From Rhynchobatus australiae (Eukaryota), in NCBI GenBank assembly GCA_034780895.1, contig JAUZTB010000076.1, positions 95,510,482-95,574,481 on the forward strand: 64,000 nucleotides of DNA, given 5' to 3'. Position 1 is the stretch's first letter. The number at the start of each line of letters is the position of its first letter. The notes beneath the pieces were generated by a model. The model saw nothing but the letters and a program-made list of their open reading frames with translations. It did no database searches and was not told the DNA's origin. Shown here piece by piece: positions 37,765-49,892 of the stretch. Both the position numbers and the translations under genes were made by a program.

Positions 37765-38075
37765 AAACACAGAAATATACAAAATTACAGCACAAGAACA
37801 GGCCCTTTGGCCCACCATGTCTCNNNNNNNNNNNNNNNNNNNNNNNNNNNNNNNNNNNNNNNNNNNNNNNNNNNNNNNNNNNNNNNNNNNNNNNNNNNNN
37901 NNNNNNNNTTAAACATTACTATTGTGTCTATTTCTGTCATCTCTGGTGGCATGTTGCAGGCACCTAACACTCTCTGTATATAAAAAAAATTGTTTTGCAC
38001 ATCTCCTTTAAATTTTCCCCTCTCACCTTAATCCTGTGCTCTCTAGTATTTGATATTTCCACCCTGGGTAAAAGA
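37765..38075 (-). mobile_element. CR1-like LINE 3' end
   Basis: CAGCACAAGAACAGGCCCTTTGGCCCACCATGTC; CCCCTCTCACCTTAATCCTGTGCTCTCTAG. Confidence 0.7.
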
Positions 38076-38094
38076 CTGACTTTCTAATGGAACT

Positions 38095-39450
38095 GACGTG
38101 ATTGAGAGCCCTGTCAACCATGGTAGAGGAGTAGCTGTGGTTAAAGAAAAAGGAAGACCTCTTGGGAGCACTGGCATGGAAATTGGCTCTGTCATATCTG
38201 TTCTGATGACAACAATCAAACTGGGAGAACGGAATAGAATCCCTCCAGAAGGTAGAGTGTGAGGAGTTACAGTCAGGATAGCTGTGAAGTCTGTGGACTT
38301 GTAAGGGGCATTGATCGCTAACCTATCCCGTGAGATGGAAATAAAGAAGTCAAGAAAGGGGAGGGTCAGAGGGCCATGTTAGTATGAGAATAAGTTGGAA
38401 ATTCTTAGCAAAGGTGATGAATCTTTCATTATAAGAGCATAAAGCAGAACTAATAGAACAAATGTCCAGGAAAAAGAGATGAAGGAGGGAGCTCCAAATA
38501 GGACTGAAACAAGGGCTGTTGTATCATAATCCCCAAAGAGAAAAAACATACCTTAGACCCTTGCAGATTCCCATAACTATACCATTTAGAAGAAGGGAAT
38601 ATAGTTAAAGTAGAAGTTGTTCAATGTGAGAATGAGTTTGGCCAGACAAACAATGTGTGTGTAGGGTGGGGCGCGGATGGGAAGAAAGGAAGAAGAAATG
38701 AGGATTGCTTGGGTCTCATTCAGAGAAGATTCAAAGGGCTATCCTGGTGTGAAATAGAGGTGTGGAAGGATTGGATGTACAATCGGTCTTCCTTTTTCCT
38801 TGGAACCAGGAAGCTGAAAACTGTCAGAGTGGTGGAGGGCATCAGAAATGTCATGGTTGTAAGGGAGAAGTGACTCGATAAGGGGGAAAAAAATCGAGTC
38901 AAGTTGGATAATCCTACTTGTGGATCCTCAGTAGTATGGAGGCTGTGGAGGGAAGATCTCTCAAGGAGCTACAGTCAATGANNNNNNNNNNNNNNNNNNN
39001 NNNNNNNNNNNNNNNNNNNNNNNNNNNNNNNNNNNNNNNNNNNNNNNNNNNNNNNNNNNNNNNNNNNNNNNNNNNNNNNNNNNNNNNNNNNNNNACTGGA
39101 CTGTCCTCATTAGCAGGTTTGACAATATTGTGCTTGGTTATTAGTGAGTAGAGCACTGCAAGTTCAGAGGGTTGTAGGTTAAGGTGAGCAAGATCGGTGG
39201 AAACATCATTTCGGCAGTTCATGATGAATAGATCTAGAAAAGGTAAAATGCCAGGGAGGGGCCTATGTGGATAAGACAAGCTGAACAGAGGAGAGGAGTT
39301 CCACAGTCTAGTGTGACCAAAGAAGGGAAACTAAAGAACAGCTCAACATCATGCTGGGCTCAGAATCCATTGAGCTGGCAATTTTAGGAGATGAAGCTGT
39401 GGCCTCCACTGAGAATAACTTGATTGGGATCAAAGAGGGGAAGATTGGAA
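38095..39450 (-). mobile_element. Decayed Penelope-like reverse transcriptase
   Basis: Minus-strand remnants in the expected order: LDLFIMNCR..LQPSELAVL..IVKPA, DLPSTAS..RIHK, IQSFHTSISHQD, LAKLILTLNNFYF, LPFLDFFISISRDRL..YKSTD, DSIPFSQF. Confidence 0.75.
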
Positions 39451-39633
39451 CAGAAATTGATTTTCAATTACACACTAGTATTATAACGTGACATTGAATA
39501 CACGCAACACAATAGATATTCCACAATTGAGAAAAGTGCAAAGAAAATCTTGAAAAATCTCATCTTTAATGCAGTATAAAACTTAGTGTTCATCTTCAAG
39601 ATTATTCTTGGTAATCATTTTTTTTAAATATAG

Positions 39634-39698
39634 TGGATCTGGCATGACAACATGCAGTTTCTGCAGGACAAGAATATCTTTGAACATACTTACTTTGG
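39634..39698 (+). CDS. USP34: USP34 exon: WIWHDNMQFLQDKNIFEHTYF(G)
   Basis: atatag| ... TGG|gtgagt; 65 nt. Confidence 0.95.
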
Positions 39699-39793
39699 GT
39701 GAGTGTTCTGCAACATTTTGTCACATCTAGACCATTGGAAAATCATATTGGCAGGATAATGCAATTTGCTTTCAAAAACATCTGCAATTTCAG

Positions 39794-39869
39794 ATTTATG
39801 TGGCAGTTGTGCAGTAGCATCCCAAGCACGTTACCTGACCCAAAGGCAGTATCGCTTATGACCGCAAAG
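39794..39869 (+). CDS. USP34: USP34 exon: FMWQLCSSIPSTLPDPKAVSLMTAK
   Basis: tttcag| ... AAG|gtaagt; 76 nt. Confidence 0.95.
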
Positions 39870-39987
39870 GTAAGTCCTTGTTATGTTGTGGATTTTCATA
39901 GATAAAACTTGAAGACATTCTGTATATTTTAAACAAAAACATTTTTGTCAATACATATGTCTCATAGTAATTTTTTTTTGATTGTAG

Positions 39988-40035
39988 TTAAGTACCTCTT
40001 TTGTCCTGGAAACTTTTATCCACTCCAAAGAAAAG
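39988..40035 (+). CDS. USP34: USP34 exon: LSTSFVLETFIHSKEK
   Basis: ttgtag| ... AAG|gtaaat; 48 nt. Confidence 0.95.
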
Positions 40036-40531
40036 GTAAATGTACAGTATTAATTATCATATTATCATTGTATTCAATGCAGGCATTTAATGAAATTAAA
40101 TTCAGTTTTAATATGGTACTTATGGAACACTATATTCCTTTGCAATATTTAATGAAATGACACTACAGCAAAATGCTGCAGCTCTCCAATAGCTTGCTGA
40201 GAGCCAAAATCAACTTCTTTTATGTTCCTAGTACATCAACATTAGGTAGGAGACCGGTATTAGTGAACAGGTTGGGATGGGGAAAAGCAACAATCTTTCA
40301 TGGGCATTGATGGATATGTTAGTTCTGGATGTCATTGGGGATTGTTGCTGAAACTTTAGAGTCCAGATACATATTTGGTTCCCTCTACTCATGGGATCAC
40401 ATTGCATTGAGAATCACATCCAACAGTAGAGTAGTAACATCGAGGTTGAAGTTTATGTCCAAAGTGGGAAGGTGTCACCTACAGATATACTCATTATTGG
40501 TGAATGCAAAGAAAGTAAAATTTTCCGTGAA

Positions 40532-40850
40532 AAGTTTGAGTTTATTGTCATATGCACAAGTACATGTATGCACAGGTGCAACGAAAAGCTTATTTGCAGC
40601 AGCATCACAGGCACATTGCATCAGATAAGCAGCATCCACAAGAAAAAACATAAATTAAACATAAATTGTACACAATTTTTGCAAGAAAGAAACAATTAGA
40701 ACAAAATAAAAACAAAGTCCATTTCAGTGCAAAGTGTTCAAAGTGGTCATGGTGTTCCTATACTGTAGTGAATAGGGTAGTGCCAGTTGGTTCAAGAACC
40801 AAGTGGTTGAAGGGAAGCAACTGTTCTTGAACCTGGTGATGTGGAACTTC
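40532..40850 (-). mobile_element. Rex1/Babar-like LINE 3' end
   Basis: TTTATTGTCATATGCACAAGTACATG...CTGTTCTTGAACCTGGTG; a near-identical family copy is at 44218. Confidence 0.7.
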
Positions 40851-41064
40851 TGTTACTTCCCAAAGTCCGGTATTGGAATCCCCACCCTTGAAATAGCTGT
40901 TCANNNNNNNNNNNNACCAAAGCATTTTTTTTGAAGTGATGAGGAAATTGTTTAGAGAAGGTGTAGATTGACTGAGTAGCCCTTTTGTTATTTAGCAGCA
41001 AGCTTGTAAATTTTGGTTTATAAATGTATATGTATTCAAGTTTTACATTTTTTTAATTTAATAG

Positions 41065-41130
41065 CCAACTATGTTGCAATGGATCGAACTTTTGACAAAA
41101 CAATTTAACAACAGCCAGGCAGCTTGTGAG
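41065..41130 (+). CDS. USP34: USP34 exon: PTMLQWIELLTKQFNNSQAACE
   Basis: taatag| ... GAG|gtgaga; 66 nt. Confidence 0.95.
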
Positions 41131-42507
41131 GTGAGAAACCAATCAGATTTCTCAGCAATTTTCTTCCAATTGGTTTTGAATGACTTAATGTTTTAAAGAA
41201 TATAGGTTTCATGACTCAATTAAATTGAGGGATCCAATGTTGTTGGAGGTCCGTTACCTTTTCTTTGTATGATATATTCCAGAAACCTCTGAATTAAACT
41301 TTAAACAAACAAACGTGGTATGCTGAGAGGAGACAGAATTCTGTGGCTTTGAAACATTGATGCACATCAAGTTGACCTTTTTATGGAACATAACTCGACC
41401 TTTCATTTCCTCAGTTTAGTTGTCCCTACATATCCAGTGTTTTTGCTTTATTTAAAACACTTTATAGCTTTAGATCTATATATTTTAAGCAGGAAAATCT
41501 TTTTGCTTTTATGTTCAGAAAATATCTTTTCTGAGAAGAATCTTTCTTATTTCATGTTGATTATATCCAGATTATACCAAGGCAACTCCTGTAGTATACA
41601 TGCCAAGCAATACTAAATAAATTAAATGCTTTTTCATTTCCAATGTATCTGCATGTAATATTACATATGCCGTATGGATTTCTCGTGCAAAAAGACACAT
41701 TGCTTAAGTTGCCACAGTTAAGCTGACAGTGCTTATTGATTAATTTAAAATAGTCACATTAACTCTGTTTTCTAGATGCATACAACAATCAATCTTAATT
41801 TTAAATTTATTTATTGTCCAGCAAGTTCCATAAAATTGCCAATTCATTGAATAATTTTATTGCTGGTATTAAGAGAGCATTTGTTTATATGATAAAACTC
41901 AGATTACGAAATTGAAATGAAAATTATGTAAATTAGTAGCAAGAGATCTAAACATCCATACATAGGCCTTTGTGGACAGGACGTGAGAGGTCAAGGTGGA
42001 GTTCAGTGCATACCTCCACGCAAGAGCAAGTAGCAAAATATTAATCTGAACAATTCACACAGTTTAATGTATAAATTCCAACATTTTCTCTTCAATAATT
42101 TTCATTCTCATATTTCCTTCTNNNNNNNNNNNNNNNNNNNNNNNNNNNNNNNNGTCACTGTGCACCATATCCTATTTTAAACATATTGCAATCCGTTTTT
42201 GTTGTACTATTGTATCACCTTCCAAAATCTGCTTAGTGTAAGCTGCTGGTGATGACAGAATGAGTTATTCAAGCAGCACCTTTCCTAACAAATGCTAAAT
42301 ATAGATAGTTTGTTTTGAATATTTGAATTCAGTAACCCACCTGTGTCTGCAAGTGCATCTTCAATCTGGTTGTATGGTAGCATGCTTATGTTAGCTTCAT
42401 TGTTGATATAATTGTGAGAAACGGTAAAATGAAACTTCTCCTCAGAAGTTGCGGATCATTATTTTTGTATAATTTCAAAATGATAACTCCGTATTCCGTC
42501 TATGTAG

Positions 42508-42588
42508 TGGTTTTTGGACCGAATGGCTGATGATGACTGGTGGCCAATGCAAATCCTTATTAAGTGTCCAAATCAGATTGTGAGACAG
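42508..42588 (+). CDS. USP34: USP34 exon: WFLDRMADDDWWPMQILIKCPNQIVRQ
   Basis: atgtag| ... CAG|gtatga; 81 nt. Confidence 0.95.
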
Positions 42589-42786
42589 GTATGAAGTGTT
42601 TTAATACAGTTATACTGCCTCTAACTAATTGATCATTGTGTCATTTTCCTAATATTGCACTAATTTATATATTAGTTTCTGTAGAGCATGCTTGAAGCTA
42701 GAACCATCAGGAATAAAATTGTTTCATTAAAATTAAAAATGTGATTATTAAAACTTTTCCTTTACACCTTACTTTGGGCTCTGCAG

Positions 42787-42872
42787 ATGTTCCAGCGTTT
42801 ATGCATTCATGTGATTCAGAGGCTCCGACCAGTACATGCTCATCTCTATTTACAGCCAGGAATGGAAGATGG
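42787..42872 (+). CDS. USP34: USP34 exon: MFQRLCIHVIQRLRPVHAHLYLQPGMED(G)
   Basis: ctgcag| ... TGG|gtaatg; 86 nt. Confidence 0.95.
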
Positions 42873-44217
42873 GTAATGATAATCACTTCTATATCTATGA
42901 GTATATTTAGTAAAGGCTGCATTTTTAAATGCTTTATCAAGTCATATATTTATCCAAAGTTGTGGTCATGGTTTGGTCTATTGGCTATTTTCTCTCTCTC
43001 AAAATTTTTTGAGAGACCAGTGCTTAGCTTGAAGTCAGTTTCCCTCCTGGGGCCAGATGCTTAGTGCCCAGTTCACTAATCTTCAATGTAATGAGGCAGC
43101 ACCTCATGAGTAGCTTGCCTTAGTTCAGAAACTTTCTCCCACTGAGTATTTTTAATGGGCCTTGAGGAGTAGCCAGTAATGTCAGAGGTCCATAAATGCC
43201 ACATCAAAAAGACAANNNNNNNNNNNNNNNNNNNNNNNNNNNNNTGCCAGAAAGGTTAGTAATTGCTTCCTAACTCTCGGCACATTCTCGGCATTCACTC
43301 CCACTAGAGGGGCTAGAGGCTTGGCATTTGACTCACCATTGGTCTAAAACTCTGGGTCCAGTGTGGTCCAGTATCTCATAAGTAGCATTTCTTACTGCAG
43401 ACCATTTTCCCCCTCAGGATCTCCTTCTCAAAAAGAATGGACCAGTAATAATCGGCCCCCATGTGTGAAATATCAAAATAGTTGAATGGTGATGGAAAGT
43501 TGATTTTTATGATCCTTATTTTGCTGTATAAATGCACATTTTTTGCATATTAACAAAATTTCTTGTGCGTCTAATGTAAAATTCTGTGTAAGAACAACCT
43601 CTCGTGGATTACAAATTGATGTCAGAACAACGGTTGAGCAGCACAATGGTAGATTGCCAGAATCTATTAGAGATTTACAAATGAACAAGACCAAAGCCAA
43701 CGTGTGTAGTTCCTGCCAGAAAATCCATGCCCTAGTTTCCTAATCTTTTCCTAAATGTTTGTTTGAACATACAAGTGCATGCAAGTAGAAAAGATTGGAA
43801 TTTAAAGTTATGTTAGATTCTGTTCATTTATAATTCCCTGATATTTTCAGTGGGTTAACTGAACTGGAGGTCATAGAGAAGTTGTTCATTTATACATATG
43901 CAAGTTTCAGTACTTTCAGTCAATTAGCATGAATAAACTTGATTATCTGCACAATATTCCTGGAATGGCAATCAGAATTTTGGAAGAAAATTACTTACCT
44001 TTGAAGAAGTGAAAATACAGGTGGATTGTGAGGAGAGCTCTTTTTTTAAAGATAAAGGTGGATTGTGAGGAGAGCTCTTCCAATGTTGACTTCCAACAGG
44101 TCTTTTAATAAAGATCTATATATGAGATTTTTTGGAGTTTTTAGTACTATAAGCAACTAGGTGGTAAAAACCCCAGAAGGCCAATTGGCACATTATATCC
44201 GTGTCTGCAGGGTTTTG

Positions 44218-44545
44218 TCAAAGTCGAATTTACTGTCATATGCACAAGTACATGTATGCAGAGGTGCAATGAAAAACTTACTTGCAGCAGCATCACAGGT
44301 ACATAGCATCAAATAAGCAGCATTCACAAGAAAAACATAAACACAATTTTTACAAGAACACAATTAGAACAAAAAAAAACCAAAGTCCATTTTAGTGCAA
44401 ACTGATCAAAGTGGTCATCGTCTTCTGAACTGTAGTGATTAGGGTTTTGCTGGTTGGTTCAAGAACAAATGATTGAAGGGAGGTAGCTGTTCCTGAACCT
44501 GGTGGTGTGGGCTTCAGGTTTCTGTACCTCCTGCCTGATGGGTTG
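44218..44545 (-). mobile_element. Rex1/Babar-like LINE 3' end
   Basis: Same family as 40532; it ends in the reverse complement of the PSGRRYR motif (TGTACCTCCTGCCTGATGG). Confidence 0.7.
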
Positions 44546-44769
44546 CTGACTCTCTCCACCACCAATACCCCAATATTGATGGCACTTGATGCAAACTATA
44601 CTACTCCTCATGACCAACAAACAGTACTGTAAATAGCACTTACCTCATTGACCCAGCACCTCCAAGCTTCTTTCATGTGTTTTGCTTGCTGAGTCATGGG
44701 GAACAAGCTTCTATTCGTTAAAATAAGGGTCCTATTTAACATGAAGGACACAGCCTCTTTAACACCCTT

Positions 44770-45057
44770 CAGGTGGAGAAGGGGTGAGAGCGGAGCTGAG
44801 GGAAAGAGGTGAAACACGGTTGGGGCTCTGCCCACTGTGGTAGAGGAGAAGCCAGGGTTCAGCAAGAAGGAAGACGTTACAGAGGCACCTGTGCAGAATG
44901 TATTATCATCAGAGCAAATGCAACAGAGGCAGCAGAACTGGCGGAATAGAATAGAATCTTACACGAGGCAGGGTGGGAGGAAGTATTATCAAGATAGCTA
45001 TAGGAGTTAGTGGGCTTGTAGTGGATGTTGATGTCTAGTCCATCTCTGAGATGGAGA
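44770..45057 (-). mobile_element. Penelope-like RT fragment
   Basis: Minus strand DGLDINIHYKPTNSYSYLDNTSSHPASCK...ICSDD; homologous to 38200-38370. Confidence 0.7.
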
Positions 45058-45644
45058 AGATAGCCTCAAGTGGTATCCAGCGCACGTGACATTTTCTATT
45101 TTAAATTAATTTTTTCTCAGTACTCCTCTTCCAAAGTCAAGACCACCTACAATATATTTTTTGTAAATACAGGAATATGAGTTATTTCTGCCATTACCTT
45201 TGGCTTGTCCTGTTTGTCCACAAATAGTCATGTCCTTTTTTTTGTTTGATGTGTTTAAAATATTTTACTATTTTGTGTTTCTTGACAATTTAATTCAATG
45301 GCCCTTCTTTGCCTTCCTATTTATTTTGGCTTCTTACCTGGTTCCTTTGTACTCTCTGTTATCATGCACTCCTCTGCTTCTTTCCTGTTCTCTGTTGTTC
45401 TCTTACATTTTTACTCATCCATGGAAGATGATGAGTTTTTAGACTTTGAGATTTTCCTGCCCTCTGAAGTCCTTTTTAAGCATTGCCCATTGTTGTTCTA
45501 CATAATCTGTTGCTAATATTATTGCCAATTTTAAATTTCTAAGTTCTGTTCACAGCTCCAAGATCAGCTTTTCTCCAGTCTGTCAACCTGGTTTTTCCTT
45601 ATACTTGTATCCTCCACGATCAGTAAGCAAAATATACCACAGTC

Positions 45645-45910
45645 ACAGAAAATGCTGCAACCATTCAACAGGTCAGGCAGCATCTGTTGAAAGAGAAACA
45701 GAGTTCATGTTTCAGGTCAAAGACCTGTTGTCAGAAGCGAAATAATTAACTCTGTTCCTCTGCAACACACATGCTATTTTGTGTATTGCTTCAGATTCTA
45801 GCATCTGCAATCTCTTGTGTCTCAACACTGCTCCTGGTTCCATAAGTGCTACCTCTCTGCTGATGTTTCCACCATTTCCTGTTTTTATTTTCAGATTCCA
45901 GCATCTACAG
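45645..45910. mobile_element. Fold-back Penelope-like terminal-repeat element
   Basis: Left arm CAGAAAATGCTG...CAGGTCAGGCAGCATCTG...TTTCAGGTCAAAGACCTG; inverted pieces TTAACTCTGTT and TTCAGATTCCAGCATCT. Confidence 0.65.
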
Positions 45911-46492
45911 TTATGGTCATTATTATGCTCATTACGGTGGTCATTATTGCCTGGATGTTACTGTATATTTATTTCCTCTTTCCACTCTGGTTAATTCTCC
46001 ATTTCTAGATCTAATACTGAATCTTCCTTTGTTTGGCTTTTTACACGATGGTTTAGAAATGTGTTCCTCATCCATTGTAAAAACTCCAAATTTTGTCCTT
46101 TTTACTGAAAGGTTTGCCTCTAACCTTGTATTCTTTTACAGTGCTTAACGCAAGAATGAAATATAGTTACTATGCTTGGAAGTGTTCAGGAAGTACGACA
46201 CTAAAAATTATTGGAGCATAGGTTTAGTGGAAAATTTCTTTGCAATGATGGTATTCTTGCATCTATCCAGGTTCTGGTCTTTGTTGGAAATGTATATACA
46301 GTTTGTAGATTAAGATTAAAATCACCAAGTTATTGATCAATAATGAACATTAATTATCAGGTGAAATGTGAAATATTTAAATTATCAGCTTTCAAAGTTA
46401 AATTTTACAGTTTTTATTTAACACATTGCTTTTGAATATTATTCTATGATTTACACAATATAGTTAATGCATCTCAATTTCCCCTTTTGTAG

Positions 46493-46661
46493 TTCTGATG
46501 ATATGGATGGCCCAGTAGAAGATATAGGAAGTCGTTCATGTGTAACTAGATTTGTGAAGACACTGTTGTCTATAATGGAGCATGGAGTCAAACCTCACAG
46601 CAAACATCTCACGGAGTATTTTGCCTTCTTGTTTGAGTTTGCCAAAATGGGAGAAGAAGAG
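46493..46661 (+). CDS. USP34: USP34 exon: SDDMDGPVEDIGSRSCVTRFVK...FAKMGEEE
   Basis: ttgtag| ... GAG|gtaaat; 169 nt. Confidence 0.95.
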
Positions 46662-46774
46662 GTAAATTAAATGGGTGCTCTCAGGTCTTAAGTAGCATTT
46701 GAAGGCAGGATAATTTCAAATTTAACTCATTTTTTCATATAATCCTCCTAACAATTGTTATTTAATTGTTTCAG

Positions 46775-46849
46775 AGTCAGTTTCTTTTGTCCTTGCAAGC
46801 GATATCAACAATGGTACATTTCTACATGGGAACAAAGGGACCAGAAAAT
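46775..46849 (+). CDS. USP34: USP34 exon: SQFLLSLQAISTMVHFYMGTKGPEN
   Basis: tttcag| ... AAT|gtaaga; 75 nt. Confidence 0.95.
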
Positions 46850-47495
46850 GTAAGAACTTTTCAGACATGGCAATATGTTTGAAGCACATAATGTGTTCTT
46901 TTGCAATAGTTTTTTTTTAATTTTAAAGNNNNNNNNNNNNNNNNNNNNNNNNNNNNNNNNNNNNNNNNNNNNNNNNNNNNNNNNNNNNNNNNNNNNNNNN
47001 NNNNNNNNNNNNNNNNNNNNNNNNNNNNNNNNNNNNNNNNNNNNNNNNNNNNNNNNNNNNNNNNNNNNNNNNNNNNNNNNNNNNNNNNNNNNNNNNNNNN
47101 NNNNNNNNNNNNNNNNNNNNNNNNNNNNNNNNNNNNNNNNNNNNNNNNNNNNNNNNNNNNNNNNNNNNNNNNNNNNNNNNNNNNNNNNNNNNNNNNNNNN
47201 NNNNNNNNNNNNNNNNNNNNNNNNNNNNNNNNNNNNNNNNNNNNNNNNNNNNNNNNNNNNNNNNNNNNNNNNNNNNNNNNNNNNNNTTTTTGTCATTTCT
47301 CAAGTTTGTGTTTTTTGTAGAAAATGCACATCAAAAAACCTAGGTCCTCAATTTACTCTGCATTATTGTTGAGCATGGTTCCTTTGCTAAGAAATTGATT
47401 CAGTAAGTTATATTTGTACAATTAAACTACAGATAATAGAGGAATAGATTTTACTATCTGAACTTTGGTATCATTTTATATTTTAAAAACTTTAG

Positions 47496-47659
47496 CAGTT
47501 CCCCCAACCACAAGTTGAGGTATTGTCTGAAGAAGAAGGTGAGGAGGAAGAGGAGGAGGAAGACATTTTATCTTTAACAGAAGAGAAGTACAGGCCTGCA
47601 GCACTGGAGAAGATGATTGCCTTGATTGCACTTTTAGTAGAACAGTCTCGTTCTGAAAG
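47496..47659 (+). CDS. USP34: USP34 exon: (Q)FPQPQVEVLSEEEGEEEEEEEDILSLTEEKYRPAALEKMIALIALLVEQSRSE(R); starts at 47496 or 47499
   Basis: tttag|cag| tandem acceptor; AAG|gtaaga; acidic tract. Confidence 0.9.
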
Positions 47660-48883
47660 GTAAGATGCATTTTTGGAATGTCGTTCATCTCAATTGCCTG
47701 CTCGTTTTCAAGTATTTCTAACATATTGCAGAAATAGGATTTTTTTTCTTTCGTTAACTATTTAAAATGAAACATCCAAACTATCTTTTAAGTTTTGATT
47801 CCTGAAGAAATCTGAAATTTGATATTGAAATATATAGCCCATTTTTCTATGAACTATACATTGTTATTTTGTTTACTTATGGAATTCTTTAAATTTGACA
47901 GTACAGATTAAAACAAGTTGAACTTTATTTCCAAAATGCTATATCATTTTATTTATATGTTGCCTTGAATCCTCGTCTTGATTTTCAGGACTCAATAGTA
48001 ATGGTTGCCCTTTTCAATTTTATTTTAATAGCATGATATTATAATTATTTTATTTGTTCTCTACNNNNNNNNNNNNNNNNNNNNNNNNNNNNNNNNNNNN
48101 NNNNNNNNNNNNNNNNNNNNNNNNNNNNNNNNNNNNNNNNNNNNNNNNNNNNNNNNNNNNNNNNNNNNNNNNNNNNNNNNNNNNNNNNNNNNNNNNNNNN
48201 NNNNNNNNNNNNNNNNNNNNNNNNNNNNNNNNNNNNNNNNNNNNNNNNNNNNNNNNNNNNNNNNNNNNNNNNNNNNNNNNNNNNNNNNNNNNNNNNNNNN
48301 NNNNNNNNNNNNNNNNNNNNNNNNNNNNNNNNNNNNNNNNNNNNNNNNNNNNNNNNNNNNNNNNNNNNNNNNNNNNNNNNNNNNNNNNNNNNNNNNNNNN
48401 NNNNNNNNNNNNNNNNNNNNNNNNNNNNNNNNNNNNNNNNNNNNNNNNNNNNNNNNNNNNNNNNNNNNNNNNNNNNNNNNNNNNNNNNNNNNNNNNNNNN
48501 NNNNNNNNNNNNNNNNNNNNNNNNNNNNNNNNNNNNNNNNNNNNNNNNNNNNNNNNNNNNNNNNNNNNNNNNNNNNNNNNNNNNNNNNNNNNNNNNNNNN
48601 NNNNNNNNNNNNNNNNNNNNNNNNNNNNNNNNNNNNGAAAACTATAGATCTCCCAAGGACGGCTATGACTGCTGAGAGCAGTTCACGTTTTATGTTGCAA
48701 TTCTAAAATTGACTTGGAACTTTGCTATTTCAGTGTCAAGTCATTTGTTTTGGGACATACATCATATGTGCTTTGGTGATTGGTAATATTTCAAAATGGT
48801 AGTATTGAAAGTACTTGAATACTAAAGTAGTTTGTTAATGTTTCTAATATGTTTAATATTTATGGATTTATTTTCCTTTTCAG

Positions 48884-48988
48884 GGTTTCCCGTTTTTGTT
48901 TCAGCATATCCGTGATGGAATCAACATTAGACAGACGTGTAATTTGATCTTCAGCCTCTGCCGCTACAATAATCGACTTGCAGAGCAT
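48884..48988 (+). CDS. USP34: USP34 exon: GFPFLFQHIRDGINIRQTCNLIFSLCRYNNRLAEH
   Basis: tttcag| ... CAT|gtatgc; 105 nt. Confidence 0.95.
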
Positions 48989-49103
48989 GTATGCACCTTT
49001 TATGTTGTTATAATTCAGTAACAATACCTTGCATTTTCATAGATGCTCACGTAGAGAGAAATGGCAAATATTTTTAAATATGGCTTTCTCTTTGTGTACT
49101 TAG

Positions 49104-49148
49104 ATTGTTTCTATGCTGTTCACATCGATAGCAAAGCTGACTCCTGAG
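49104..49148 (+). CDS. USP34: USP34 exon: IVSMLFTSIAKLTPE
   Basis: acttag| ... GAG|gtatgt; 45 nt. Confidence 0.93.
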
Positions 49149-49892
49149 GTATGTTTATTACATTGACGTTTTGTCTTCCATTTGACAAGGAAAAATACCA
49201 ACTCATATTTCAAATTTTTTCTGTTGAACTTCAAAATGAGTGCAGCATTATAATTTCAGTTAGAATTTTTTTTCATTCCTCACTAATGTTGTCCCACAGT
49301 TTTTTTTCTACTGAGGTTGAGTGCTTGCTGGGATAAGACCCCAGGATGCCATTCATGTTTTTGTACCTTGCCCAAATGGACATTAATTACGTATGAGGCT
49401 TCAGTCAACAGACTATTCATTCATAATGTAACAACATAACTATGCTTGGGCTTAATCTTGACTTCATCTGACATTTGCAAGCACATTTCTATTAGCTGTT
49501 ATTAGATAATGACAAATAACTTGTCAAATTTTACTTGTGCTAACTCAGGGACTTTTTTTGTGGTTTTACTTTGTCTCCACCCCAGCCAACATCTCATAAC
49601 CCCAGGATGGATGAGAAGTTGGCATTTTTGACAATTATATGGCTCATTGCTTAATTTCTGAAAAGACAGGGTATAAAGTATATTGAGATGACTAATGTAA
49701 TCCAGCCAGGACAGGCTATNNNNNNNNNNNNNNNNNNNNNNNNNNNNNNNNNNNNNNNNNNNNNNNNNNNNNNNNNNNNNNNNNNNNNNNNNNNNNNNNN
49801 NNNNNNNNNNNNNNNNNNNGACTAATGTAATCCAGCCAGGACAGGCTATGGACATAAGTGCCCTGTGCTTTTATTCTTCAATATGAGACAAT

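Noticed and set aside
47530-47563. GAA/GAG-rich microsatellite-like tract
   Set aside because: It is the coding poly-Glu stretch of USP34, also present in human as recalled.
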